Source: Terriglobia bacterium (GTDB lineage Bacteria > Acidobacteriota > Terriglobia > 20CM-2-55-15). Taken from it: 64,000 bases of DNA. This document shows, piece by piece, positions 29,394-39,370 of the stretch. Both the position numbers and the translations under genes were made by a program. The notes under the pieces are model-generated. The model made no database searches. It saw nothing but the letters and a program-made list of their open reading frames with translations, and was not told the DNA's origin. Where the stretch lies: the NCBI GenBank assembly GCA_965218585.1, contig CBDCLE010000026.1, positions 288,001 to 352,000 of the forward strand. The letters are read 5' to 3'. Within the stretch, counting starts at the first letter, position 1. Each line of letters opens with the position of its first letter.

Positions 29394-30461
29394 CTATGAC
29401 TCTTTCCGGCGCGCCCTGACGGCACCGGCAAGCTCGTCCAATACCGGGACCGTGTCTTCCCAGCCGATGCAGGCATCGGTAATGCTCTGGCCGTAGACCA
29501 GATCCTGGCCCGGTTCCAGATCCTGGCGGCCGCCTTTCAGATGGCTTTCAACCATCACACCGAATATCCGGGCGTCTCCGCCGGCGATCTGGGAGGCGAC
29601 GTCGCTGCCGACCTCGATCTGACGCATGTGTTCTTTCCGACTGTTGGAATGGCTCAGATCGATCATCACGCGTTCCCCCAGCCCGGCTTCCGCTAGCTGT
29701 TTGGACGCCCCGGCCACACTCGCTCGATCGTAGTTCGGTTCCTTGCCACCGCGCAGGATGAGATGACAGTCTTCGTTACCACTCGTCGATACGATCGCCG
29801 AGTGGCCGGCCTTGGTCACAGACAGAAAATGGTGCGGATTCTGGGAAGTTCGGATCGCGTCCACTGCGATCTTCAGATTACCGTCGGTTCCGTTCTTGAA
29901 CCCGACCGGGCACGACAACCCGGACGCAAGTTCTCTATGAACCTGGCTTTCAGTAGTGCGCGCGCCGATCGCTCCCCAACTCACCAGGTCGGCAATGTAT
30001 TGGGGTGAAATCATATCCAGGTATTCGACGCCCGCCGGCATCCCCATTTCGTTGAGTTCCAGAAGCAGCTGCCGGCCAATCCGTATACCCTCGTTGATCT
30101 GAAAACTGCCATCGAGGTGCGGATCGTTGATCAGGCCCTTCCAGCCGACGGTCGTCCGCGGCTTCTCAAAGTACACCCGCATGACGAGGAGTACATCTCC
30201 GGCCAGTCGATCTTTTTCGGCTTTGAGCCGCCCGGCATACTCGAGTGCAGCCCTCGGATCATGGATCGAACAGGGGCCCACGATCGCGAGTATCCGGTCG
30301 TCATCTCCATGCAGTATCTGATGAATCGCCTCGCGGGTCTCGTATGTAAGCTTCGCTACAGCCTCGGTGATGGGGAATTCGCGCAGCACGTGACTTGGAG
30401 GCGACAGCTCTTTGATTTCGGCAACGCGAAGGTCGTCGGTCCTGTGGAGCATCTCGGTCAT
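29394..30461 (-). CDS. aroG: 3-deoxy-7-phosphoheptulonate (DAHP) synthase, class I-alpha
   Basis: GPCSIHD, RVYFEKPRTTVGWKG, GARTTESQVHRELASG and YGQSITDAC motifs. Confidence 0.95.
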   Translation of the reverse strand: MTEMLHRTDDLRVAEIKELSPPSHVLREFPITEAVAKLTYETREAIHQILHGDDDRILAIVGPCSIHDPRAALEYAGRLKAEKDRLAGDVLLVMRVYFEKPRTTVGWKGLINDPHLDGSFQINEGIRIGRQLLLELNEMGMPAGVEYLDMISPQYIADLVSWGAIGARTTESQVHRELASGLSCPVGFKNGTDGNLKIAVDAIRTSQNPHHFLSVTKAGHSAIVSTSGNEDCHLILRGGKEPNYDRASVAGASKQLAEAGLGERVMIDLSHSNSRKEHMRQIEVGSDVASQIAGGDARIFGVMVESHLKGGRQDLEPGQDLVYGQSITDACIGWEDTVPVLDELAGAVRARRKES

Positions 30462-30671
30462 AGTTCAATCGACCATTATAGACAAAACGGGATTGAAGTT
30501 TGTAATGGGTGGAGTGAAGGGGGCGTCTGAATGCGACCAACCATGATTCGATCGCCCCTTTTCATCAGTCATTCGACTGACGCCTCGGCTTTGCCTCGTT
30601 GTCCCCCCGCACGGAGGAACCGTGCGGGGCCTCTTGTTCTCTAGCGCACCATTCCGCTTCTTCCCAAGAGG

Positions 30672-30748
30672 GCTCGCGATCACGATGATCGCGAGCGTCG
30701 CCGGTCGTTCGGACAGGATGTCCGAATGAACGACCGAGCGAAATCTTC
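30672..30748. repeat. structured two-hairpin element, copy A
   Basis: GCTCGCGATC-ACGAT-GATCGCGAGC GTCGC CGGTCGTTC GGAC-AGGAT-GTCC GAAT GAACGACCG AGCGAAATCTTC; homologous to 62555-62631. Confidence 0.75.
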
Positions 30749-30789
30749 CACGACCGCACACCTTCGCACTGTTAGGCCCCCCCCGATTC

Positions 30790-31197
30790 TCAAGTCTCTA
30801 ATCCGCCAATCGCCGCGTTCGCCACTTGCTCGTCCTCGGCGGACTTTACACCGCTCACACCGACAGCTCCGAGGACCTTACCGTCGACCACTACCGGAAC
30901 ACCTCCCTGGATTGGAACGATGCCGTCCACAGCCATGAAACCGGGCCGGGGACCTGTGACCATCTCCTCCACTTCCTTTGAAGTTCGGCTGAAATTGGCA
31001 GCTGTCCGTGCCTTTCCGATGGCCACGGCGAGGCTTCCGGTCTGGACCCCGTCCATCCTCTGGAACATGATCAGGTTCGCCGCTCGATCGACAATGGCAA
31101 CGGCAACCGTCCAGTTGTTATCGCGGGCCTCGACTTCAGCCGCCGCCATCATGGCCTGTGCGCCTTCTAACGTGATGAATTGATTAGTTCCAAGCAT
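30790..31197 (-). CDS. GlcG/HbpS family heme-binding protein
   Basis: VAVAIVD, QRMDG, KARTA and GGVPV...GAVGVSG motifs. Confidence 0.88.
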   Translation of the reverse strand: MLGTNQFITLEGAQAMMAAAEVEARDNNWTVAVAIVDRAANLIMFQRMDGVQTGSLAVAIGKARTAANFSRTSKEVEEMVTGPRPGFMAVDGIVPIQGGVPVVVDGKVLGAVGVSGVKSAEDEQVANAAIGGLET

Positions 31198-31370
31198 GCT
31201 TTTCGACTCCTTAGACAGATGGTCATTCGTAAGACTCCGGATAGAGGTGTTCGTTGCTATTGTGACGACTGATTCTGCCCTGAAACACGTGACCATTTCC
31301 ATAAGACACTGATATTACTCGCATTCGATGTCTGGACAGACTGTTGCACATTACTCCCCTGGAGCGCGAT

Positions 31371-31784
31371 ATGAAAACGCAGATTTCAGCAAACGAGTTA
31401 CTCAAGCGCTACACACGGACACTCCTGCCTACAGTGAGGCCCTCGCCCGGGGACGGTTTCCTATCTTCAGAGGGTCTGTCAGCAGCGAAAAGGATCGAAT
31501 CAGGGGCACGGTTGTCGAAAACATCCTCTGCCACAACGTCGTCGTCAAGAGCGAGATCGAAGAGCTGTCCGCCTGAGTTTCGACGAGCATTTCGGCAACG
31601 AACTCGGGAACCTCAATGAATTCGAAAGAGACGTCCTTGTAGGGATGGAATCGGGAACGATCAAGGTGACTCCGACAGGCCGCCTGTTCATCCGGCGAAT
31701 AGCCCAGGTTTTCGATCAGTATCACGCCGCAGCAGTCGCGTCCCAAACCGTAAAAAAAGGGGTCTTCCGAAAACCCTGCCATAG
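31371..31784 (+). pseudogene. hemN-like remnant (N-terminus joined to the C-terminal domain, frameshifted)
   Basis: MKTQISANELLKRY followed directly by PAYSEALARGRFPIFRG...DRIRGTVVENILCH and LSFDEHFGNEL...IKVTPTGRLFIRRIAQVFDQY in changing frames; no CxxxCxxC core. Confidence 0.72.
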
Positions 31785-31888
31785 TCGTCAGAGTCCCCCT
31801 AAAATCTGCCGTTTCCGAGATCGGCTGTTGTATAGTTTTCGAGTCGCGACGCGGAAATTTTTTGTCTTTGTTGTCAGAAGGAACAGGT

Positions 31889-33553
31889 ATGAGTTCGAAT
31901 CACAGAAGGGAGCCCACTGGGATGAACCGGCGGACGTTCCTTGGGACAGGAGCAATGGCCGCGGCGGGTCTGCTTGTGGGTGGCAAGCCGGCAAACTACG
32001 CCTCAGCCCAAGACATGCGTTTGACCACAGCGGGCGGCACCGTGAGGACCCAGGCCGGACGCGTCCGGGGTCCCCTGAAGGACGGCGTCCATCAGTTCTG
32101 GGGCGTGCCCTATGGCGCGCCGACCGACGGTATGAACCGTTTCATGCCCCCTCAAAAGCCGGCGCCCTGGTCCGGTGTTCGTGACCATTTCCAGCTTGGC
32201 TTCAGGGCACCGCAAGCACCCGGAGCCAGCGAATCCGCCCCTGTTGTCTTCGCATTGAATCGAGGAACCCGGGACGGCGAAGATTCTCTGACGACGAACA
32301 TATTCACGCCCGGTCTGGACAACCAGAACCGACCGGTGATGGTCTGGTTGCACGGAGGCGGCTTCACTGGCGGGTCGGGAAACTTCCTCCTATACGACGG
32401 CACGAACCTGGCCAAGAAGGAAGACGTCGTCGTTGTCGTCGTCAATCACCGCCTGAACATCTTCGGATTCCTCCACCTGGCAGATATCGGCGGCGACAAG
32501 TGGGCGCAGTCGACCAACACGGGCGTGCAGGATCTTGTCGCAACATTAGAGTGGGTCCGGGACAATATCGAGAATTTCGGCGGAAATCCCGATAACGTCA
32601 CGATCATGGGTCAGTCAGGTGGCGGAGGAAAGACCACGACGCTGATGGCCATGCCCTCAGCCCAGGGCCTGTTCCATCGCTCGATCGCCCAGAGCGGTTC
32701 GGCCTTCAGGGGCACGCTGGCCTCGGACGCGGGCGAAGGCGCCGAACGCTCTCTCGCCAAGCTCGGACTCGGAACCCACCAGTTGGATGAGCTTCAACGA
32801 ATCAGCGTGGCCCAGATCCAGGATGCCTTCTACAGTGAACCGCGGATCCGTGGCCTGGGTAATGGCCCTGTCATCGACGGTAACATCATCCCGCGCCACC
32901 AATGGGATACAACCGCACCCGCGTATTCTGCGAATGTCCCCCTGATGATGGGTTCGACCGAAACCGAGAACGGCTGGGTCGGCCCGCCACCATTCGATCT
33001 GTCGGACGAGGACATGCTCGATCGGTTCACCACACGGCTGGCGAATGACGATCCGGCAAGGGGACAGGGGTTGCTCGAACTCTATAAACGACTCCATCCG
33101 GAAAAGAGAAACCAGATACTATGGCTGACGGCAGAATCGGACAACTCGCGGCGGTGGAACGCTCAATCCCTGGGGCGGCTGAAGTATGACCAGGGAACAG
33201 CTCCCAGCTACCTGTATTTCTTCGACTGGTATTCGCCGGTACACGACAACCGGATGGGCGCTTACCACACGCTGGATATTCCCTTCGTGTTCTACAACGT
33301 GGACATCGCGGCGTCGATGTTGGGCTCGGCCCAGTCGCGCTACCCACTGGGACACGTGATGAGCGCGGCATGGGCCGCGTTTGCCAGAAACGGGAACCCG
33401 GACCATGCGGACATGCCACACTGGCCGGCGTTCAACCCGAATGAGTACCCGACGATGATCCTGGGCGACAACGTCCGGGTTGAAAACGACCCCAACCACG
33501 AAGAGAGGATGGCCCTGGCCGACTTGCGGGGAAGCGAACTGAGCGACGACTAA
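31889..33553 (+). CDS. type-B carboxylesterase, Tat-exported (paralog 1)
   Basis: NRRTFLG twin-arginine signal; WLHGGGF, GQSGGG, E (ETEN), H (AYHTLD). Confidence 0.92.
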   Translation: MSSNHRREPTGMNRRTFLGTGAMAAAGLLVGGKPANYASAQDMRLTTAGGTVRTQAGRVRGPLKDGVHQFWGVPYGAPTDGMNRFMPPQKPAPWSGVRDHFQLGFRAPQAPGASESAPVVFALNRGTRDGEDSLTTNIFTPGLDNQNRPVMVWLHGGGFTGGSGNFLLYDGTNLAKKEDVVVVVVNHRLNIFGFLHLADIGGDKWAQSTNTGVQDLVATLEWVRDNIENFGGNPDNVTIMGQSGGGGKTTTLMAMPSAQGLFHRSIAQSGSAFRGTLASDAGEGAERSLAKLGLGTHQLDELQRISVAQIQDAFYSEPRIRGLGNGPVIDGNIIPRHQWDTTAPAYSANVPLMMGSTETENGWVGPPPFDLSDEDMLDRFTTRLANDDPARGQGLLELYKRLHPEKRNQILWLTAESDNSRRWNAQSLGRLKYDQGTAPSYLYFFDWYSPVHDNRMGAYHTLDIPFVFYNVDIAASMLGSAQSRYPLGHVMSAAWAAFARNGNPDHADMPHWPAFNPNEYPTMILGDNVRVENDPNHEERMALADLRGSELSDD

Positions 33554-33566
33554 AAATTGATTTTTT

Positions 33567-33637
33567 CTGTAGGTGCTGTCTATGACCGCACGTTTACGAT
33601 TCGCAAACTTTTGTGCGGTCATAGACCGCACCTACAG
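33567..33637. repeat. GTAG-type REP doublet (REPIN)
   Basis: CTGTAGGTGCTGTCTATGACCGCAC...GTGCGGTCATAGACCGCACCTACAG. Confidence 0.85.
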
Positions 33638-33657
33638 TTTTGTCAGGAGGTATGAGC

Positions 33658-35319
33658 ATGAGTTCGAAACGTGACAAGGAGCGGTCCGGGATGGATCGAC
33701 GAACTTTTCTCGGAACGGGAGCCATGGCCGCGGCAGGCCTGCTTGTTGGGAGTAGGACAACTCAGGCTTCGGCCCAGGATATGCGACTGACAACTATGGG
33801 CCACACGGTGTCGACCCGGTCGGGGCGGGTTCGGGGTCTCGTCAAGGACGGTGTCCAACAGTTCTGGGGTGTGCCCTACGGAGCACCCACCGATGGAATG
33901 AACCGCTTCATGCCTCCGGAAAAGCCAGCACCGTGGTCCGGTGTCCACGACCACTTCCAGATCGGCCACAGAGCACCCCTTGCGCCCGGTGCCGGGCCGC
34001 CGGCTCCCGTCGTCCTAGCACTGGACCGAAGAGACGAGGAGGGCGAAGACTGCCTCAGCGTCAACGTGTTCACGCCGGGTACGGACAACAAAGCCCGGCC
34101 GGTGATGGTGTGGATGCACGGCGGTGGATTCTCAGGAGGAGGGGGAAACTACCTCCTCTACGACGGGACGAACCTGGCCAAGAAAGAGGACGTGGTCGTG
34201 GTGGTGGTCAACCACCGCCTGAACATCTTCGGATTCCTGCATCTGGCGGATATCGGCGGCGACAAGTGGGCACGGTCGACCAACATGGGTGTTCAGGATC
34301 TGGTCGCAACATTGGAGTGGGTCCGGGACAACATCGAAAACTTCGGGGGCAATCCGGATAACGTAACGATCTTCGGTCAATCCGGAGGCGGCAGCAAGAC
34401 GACGACGCTGATGGCCATGCCCTCGGCTGAAGATCTGTTCCATCGCTCGATTGCCCAGAGCGGTTCCGCGTTCACCGGCACACTTGCATCAGACGCCAGC
34501 GAAGCGGCCAAACGGTTCATTCGAAAGCTCGGACTGAACACCAGCCAGTTGGACCAACTTCAGAGGCTGCATTTCAGAGAGATCCAGGACGCGTTTTACA
34601 GCGATCCCCGGATTCCACGATTGGGCTCGGGCCCGGTAATCGATGGCACGATAATCCCGCGGCACCAGTGGGATCCAACCGCTCCGTCCTACTCGGCGAA
34701 CGTGCCACTGATGATGGGTTCCACCGAAACCGAAGACGGCTGGAGTGGGCCGCCACCATTTGAACTGACTGACCGAGACATGCTGGATCGGTTCGTCACG
34801 CGGCTGGCCAACAGCGATGCGACCAGGGGGCAGGAGTTGCTCGATCTCTACAAGCGGCTCCATCCCGAGAAACGAAACCAGATGCTGTGGCTCACGGCAG
34901 AGTCGGACAACTCGCGGCGCTTCAGAGCACAGACCCTGGGCAGGCTCAAGCACGAACAGGGCGCGGCCCTCAGTTACCTGTACTTCCTCGACTGGCATTC
35001 GCCGGTACACGACAACCGGATGGGCGCCTACCATACTTTGGACATTCCGTTCGTCTTCTACAACATGGATATCGGCGCATCGATGACGGGCTCTTCTCAG
35101 TCGCGTTACGAACTTGCTCATGTGATGAGTGCCGCCTGGGCCGCGTTCGCCAGAAACGGCAACCCGAACCATGCAGACATGCCGAACTGGCCGGCGTTCA
35201 ACCCCACCGACTACCCGACGATGATGTTTGGCGATGAGGTCAGACTCGTCAACGATCCGAACCGGGAAGAGCGCCTGGCGTTGGATAATTTACGTGGAAG
35301 TGAGCTGAGCGACGACTAG
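33658..35319 (+). CDS. type-B carboxylesterase, Tat-exported (paralog 2)
   Basis: DRRTFLG, EDCL, WMHGGGF and GQSGGG; AGGAGG RBS; highly similar to paralog 1. Confidence 0.92.
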   Translation: MSSKRDKERSGMDRRTFLGTGAMAAAGLLVGSRTTQASAQDMRLTTMGHTVSTRSGRVRGLVKDGVQQFWGVPYGAPTDGMNRFMPPEKPAPWSGVHDHFQIGHRAPLAPGAGPPAPVVLALDRRDEEGEDCLSVNVFTPGTDNKARPVMVWMHGGGFSGGGGNYLLYDGTNLAKKEDVVVVVVNHRLNIFGFLHLADIGGDKWARSTNMGVQDLVATLEWVRDNIENFGGNPDNVTIFGQSGGGSKTTTLMAMPSAEDLFHRSIAQSGSAFTGTLASDASEAAKRFIRKLGLNTSQLDQLQRLHFREIQDAFYSDPRIPRLGSGPVIDGTIIPRHQWDPTAPSYSANVPLMMGSTETEDGWSGPPPFELTDRDMLDRFVTRLANSDATRGQELLDLYKRLHPEKRNQMLWLTAESDNSRRFRAQTLGRLKHEQGAALSYLYFLDWHSPVHDNRMGAYHTLDIPFVFYNMDIGASMTGSSQSRYELAHVMSAAWAAFARNGNPNHADMPNWPAFNPTDYPTMMFGDEVRLVNDPNREERLALDNLRGSELSDD

Positions 35320-35472
35320 CGGCCCCTGCGACTGGATGGATTCCGGAATCTGAGAATTCCCTTCTCAGGTTCCGGCTCCAGGCAGTTACCCACCCGGCTC
35401 GAATATCTTTTGGTATAGTCTGAAGACATCAGAAATCCGGTATTCTGTCCCCCTAATTCAGAGAGGAGAAGC

Positions 35473-36270
35473 ATGCGTCGAAGATTTACGTTCTTTCTCG
35501 TCACAACGGCTCTGTTTCTTGGCCTGACGGGCGGCGTGTTCGCCCTGAAGGTTCGGGCCGGAACATTGCAGGCCTCGGCCGAGAACGTCCGAACAGTCCT
35601 GGACGGTGTCTACAGCCAGGAGCAGATGGAGCGCGGCCAGGCCGCATACGAAGCCACCTGTTCGGGCTGTCACGCCTTGAATCTGGTCGGAGGGCGAAAC
35701 GCGGCACTTAAAGGCGACCTCTTCCTCGACAAGTGGAGGGAGTTCAATCTCGACCTGCTCTACGGATTTATTTCTGGTGCCATGCCACCCCGCCAAAACG
35801 AAAACGCGGTGATATTGCCTGACGAAGAGTACCTGGACATCCTGACCTACATCGTCAGCGGGAACGGCGCACCGGCCGGTGAAGACGAACTGACGATGGA
35901 TGAGCTGGCCGAAGTCCGGTTCGTAGGACCGGATGGCCCCCAGCCCCTGCCCCTGGGTGCCCTGGTAAGCGTCGTGGGGTGTCTGGAACGTTCTCCAGAT
36001 AACGACTGGGTCCTGACCAACGGGAGCCAACCGATCCGTTCTCAGACGTTGCCGTTTGACGCAACCACGGATGAACTCATGGACGCTGAGTCTATTCCGC
36101 TCGGCACCGAGACATTCGGGTTACAGGATATGGCCTTCGTCAGAGGCTTCGAGCCGGACGATCATGACACGCACAAGGTCCAGGCGAAGGGCTTATTGAT
36201 CCCGGTGGCCGACAGCCGAAATATCTCGCTCACCACCATGGAAATGATCTCGGCTGAATGTTCGGAGTGA
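35473..36270 (+). CDS. periplasmic monoheme cytochrome c with an extra C-terminal domain
   Basis: Signal peptide, CSGCH, distal Met (GAMPP). Confidence 0.85.
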   Translation: MRRRFTFFLVTTALFLGLTGGVFALKVRAGTLQASAENVRTVLDGVYSQEQMERGQAAYEATCSGCHALNLVGGRNAALKGDLFLDKWREFNLDLLYGFISGAMPPRQNENAVILPDEEYLDILTYIVSGNGAPAGEDELTMDELAEVRFVGPDGPQPLPLGALVSVVGCLERSPDNDWVLTNGSQPIRSQTLPFDATTDELMDAESIPLGTETFGLQDMAFVRGFEPDDHDTHKVQAKGLLIPVADSRNISLTTMEMISAECSE

Positions 36271-38489
36271 TTTCCCGGCGGAGGAATCCTCTTCGCCACG
36301 TTGTCCTCTGCTTCCTGATATCTGCCGTCTTTGCTTCGGGCCCATTGGCCGGACAGGTTTCCGACCCAGCCCCTGACCGGCCGAGTGTCCGCGCGATTCG
36401 TTTAGGTCCCGGTGATGAAATCACCCTGGACGGCCGGCTTGACGAGGCTGTCTGGGATCGGGCCCAACCCGCGACGGACTTCAAACAGGCGGATCCTCTC
36501 AGCGGTGAACCTGCCACCGAAGACACGGACATCCGCGTCGTTTTCAACGAAAACAACCTCTACATCGGCGCAGCATTCTTCGACTCCAATCCTGACGGAT
36601 TGCTTGCCAACCAGATGGTGCGCGATGGAAGCCTGGACTCGGACGACCGCTTCATGTGGACGATCGATCCCCTGTACGACCAGCGCAGCGGGTATTTCTT
36701 CGAAGTCAACCCCGCGGGCGCGATGGGGGATGCCCAGTTGGTGCCTGCAACGGGCGGAACGTTTGGTACCAGCCAGAACCGCGCATGGGATGGCATCTGG
36801 ATGGCGCGGGTTGAAACACACGATGCGGGCTGGACAATCGAAGTTGAAATTCCTTTCAGCACGATCAACTTCGACCCGGAGGCCGAAGCTTGGGGGGCCA
36901 ATTTCCAGAGGACAGTCCGAAGGAAGAACGAAGAAGACATCTGGTCCGGTTGGGCACGGAACGAAGGCCTGTTCAATCTGACAGCCGCCGGCCGAATTGA
37001 AGGCATCGAAGGCGCCAGTCAGGGCGTGGGCCTCGATATACAACCCTATGTGATCGGTACCTACAGTGAAACTGTCGGAAACCCCACTCCAGCTGACTAC
37101 AACGCAGAAGCCGGACTCGATGTTTTTTACAAGCTCACACCTCAGCTCCAGGCGAACCTGACGATCAATACCGATTTCGCGCAGACCGAGGTCGATGACC
37201 GACAGGTGAATCTCACACGATTCCCACTTTTTTTCCCGGAAAAGCGGGACTTCTTCCTTGAGGGAGCGGGCGATTTCGACTTTACGCGGGAACCAAGCAG
37301 GACCATAAGCGCGTTCTTTTCACGCCGTATCGGCCTCAATAACGGACGACCCCAAAAGATCGACTACGGCATGAAACTCGCTGGACAGGCCGCGGGTTTC
37401 AATCTGGGTGTGATGCAGGTCCGCACTGCCCAAGAGCCCGGCGTCGCCGGCGAAGACTTTACCGTCATTCGCCCGAAGCGTCAGTTTTTTAGCCAGTCGT
37501 ATGCGGGCCTGATCTACACCCGCCGCGCGGAACGAGATTCCAACTCCCCCGACCGCCAAACTATTGGTGTGGATTTTCAGTTGGCCACAGCTCGGTTTAG
37601 AGGCGACAAGAACCTTCAGTTCAATGCCTACTATGTGAATACTCCCAATGGCGACGGAAAAGAGGACACCGCTTCTTACGGACTCCGGTTGGTCTTCGCG
37701 AACGAACCCATCAGCAGCCGGATCTGGTTCGTCGCTGTTGATGAAAACTTTGATCCAGCCGTGGGATTCGTCCAACGGACGAACTACCGGCACTTGCAAC
37801 CCGTGATCACGTGGATTCCGCGTCCAGCCAACCATCCATGGATACGTCGGATGCAGCTTCGAACATGGGCCGCACTGATCACCGATGGGGATGGCCGGTG
37901 GTCAGAGCGTAATTATCCGTTCCAATTCGACATCGACCTCCACTCAGGCGACCGGATCAACATCAATATCACCCGAACTACATTCGAACGCCTGCAACGG
38001 GACTTCCGCATCACGCCGGACGTCACGCTTCCCAAGGGCACCGTGTATACATACACGCGCTACCAGTTCAGTTTGAATACGGCAAGCCGGCGTGCGGTTT
38101 CCGGTAGCGCCAGCGCGACAGTGGGTTCGTTCTATTCGGGAACCCGCCGGGAGATCGCGTTGGGGTTGAATCTGCGGCCACGGCCGGGAGTGGTCGCAAC
38201 ACTGAGTTCGTCATTCAACCGGGTAGAGCTCGACGAAGGGAGTTTCTCCACAAAACTCCTCAGAGCCGTGGTTGATACACAATTCAGCCCCTTCGTATCG
38301 ATCTCGAACAATATCCAGTACGATACGATCAGTCGGATTCTGGGATGGCAGGCCCGCTTCCGCTGGATCGTGGACCCCGGCAACGACATCTACGTCGTGT
38401 GGCTGAACAACTGGCTCGACACGGGAGAAACACTGACTGCCCTGGACCGCAGCGCGGCAGCCAAGTTGGTCTACACACATCGGTTCTAG
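36267..38489 (+). CDS. DUF5916/CBM9-like-domain outer-membrane protein (paralog of 24577-26871)
   Basis: DGRLDEAVW, NTDFAQTEVDDRQVNLTRFPLFFPEKRDFFLEG, C-terminal YTHRF. Confidence 0.85.
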   Translation: MISRRRNPLRHVVLCFLISAVFASGPLAGQVSDPAPDRPSVRAIRLGPGDEITLDGRLDEAVWDRAQPATDFKQADPLSGEPATEDTDIRVVFNENNLYIGAAFFDSNPDGLLANQMVRDGSLDSDDRFMWTIDPLYDQRSGYFFEVNPAGAMGDAQLVPATGGTFGTSQNRAWDGIWMARVETHDAGWTIEVEIPFSTINFDPEAEAWGANFQRTVRRKNEEDIWSGWARNEGLFNLTAAGRIEGIEGASQGVGLDIQPYVIGTYSETVGNPTPADYNAEAGLDVFYKLTPQLQANLTINTDFAQTEVDDRQVNLTRFPLFFPEKRDFFLEGAGDFDFTREPSRTISAFFSRRIGLNNGRPQKIDYGMKLAGQAAGFNLGVMQVRTAQEPGVAGEDFTVIRPKRQFFSQSYAGLIYTRRAERDSNSPDRQTIGVDFQLATARFRGDKNLQFNAYYVNTPNGDGKEDTASYGLRLVFANEPISSRIWFVAVDENFDPAVGFVQRTNYRHLQPVITWIPRPANHPWIRRMQLRTWAALITDGDGRWSERNYPFQFDIDLHSGDRININITRTTFERLQRDFRITPDVTLPKGTVYTYTRYQFSLNTASRRAVSGSASATVGSFYSGTRREIALGLNLRPRPGVVATLSSSFNRVELDEGSFSTKLLRAVVDTQFSPFVSISNNIQYDTISRILGWQARFRWIVDPGNDIYVVWLNNWLDTGETLTALDRSAAAKLVYTHRF

Positions 38490-38581
38490 AAAGCTGACGG
38501 AGATCAGGCCTCAACCGTCAGCCGCGGACGCAAAACTGACAAGTGAGGCCAGGACTGAATCGTTAGACAGGAGGAATTCAC

Positions 38582-39301
38582 ATGAGTGATGCAGGCAGGG
38601 TAGACGCCAACGGAACACCCGCGTACGTCGCCCGGCCGGAGGGGACGCCCAGAGGCGCCGTCGTCGTATGCTTTGAGATCTTCGGTCTGAACGGGCATAT
38701 GGAAGACCTTTGCCGCCGCTTTGCAGAAAGCGGTTACGTGGCGGCAGCACCGGATTTTTATCATCGAAACGAAGGTGAACGGACGGCTCCGTACTCCGAC
38801 AAGGACGGCGCCTTCACGCTCGCGAACACGATTACAGATTCTTCAGTCATGAGCGACATCGACTCCGTCTACGAATATCTGAAATCGCAGTCCGACATCG
38901 ATGAAACTCGCCTCGGAATCGTCGGCTACTGCATGGGTGGTCGCCTGGCTTTCCTGACCACATGCCGGAATCCGTTCTTAAAGGCGTGCGTGTCTTTTTA
39001 TGGAGGTGGGGTCGCCACGAAAAGTCGCTTCCAGGGTCTTACGACAATCCCGCTAGAGGAAGCCGAGGCGATAGAGACACCGATGTTCCTTGCCTACGGA
39101 GGACAAGACCAAAGCATACCGCCCGAACACATTCAGACCATAAGGGACCGCCTTCGAGAGCTCGGAAAGAAGGCCGAGATCCAGATCTATCCTGAAGCCG
39201 GGCACGGCTTTCTCTGTGACGAGAGGGAATCCTACAACGCCGAGGCCGCGAAGGACGGCTGGACCAGAACAATTGCGTTTCTGAACGAACACATGGTCTG
39301 A
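38582..39301 (+). CDS. dienelactone hydrolase family protein
   Basis: EIFGLN, GYCMGG and AGHGF motifs. Confidence 0.92.
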   Translation: MSDAGRVDANGTPAYVARPEGTPRGAVVVCFEIFGLNGHMEDLCRRFAESGYVAAAPDFYHRNEGERTAPYSDKDGAFTLANTITDSSVMSDIDSVYEYLKSQSDIDETRLGIVGYCMGGRLAFLTTCRNPFLKACVSFYGGGVATKSRFQGLTTIPLEEAEAIETPMFLAYGGQDQSIPPEHIQTIRDRLRELGKKAEIQIYPEAGHGFLCDERESYNAEAAKDGWTRTIAFLNEHMV

Positions 39302-39358
39302 AAAGTGGGACAGATCACTCTTTTTGCGTGCAAAAAGAGTGACCTGTCCCCACTTTTT
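39301..39358. terminator. long palindrome between convergent genes (bidirectional terminator or repeat element)
   Basis: AAAAGTGGGACAGATCACTCTTTTTGC-GT-GCAAAAAGAGTGACCTGTCCCCACTTTT. Confidence 0.65.
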
Positions 39359-39370
39359 CAACCTGCCTAC

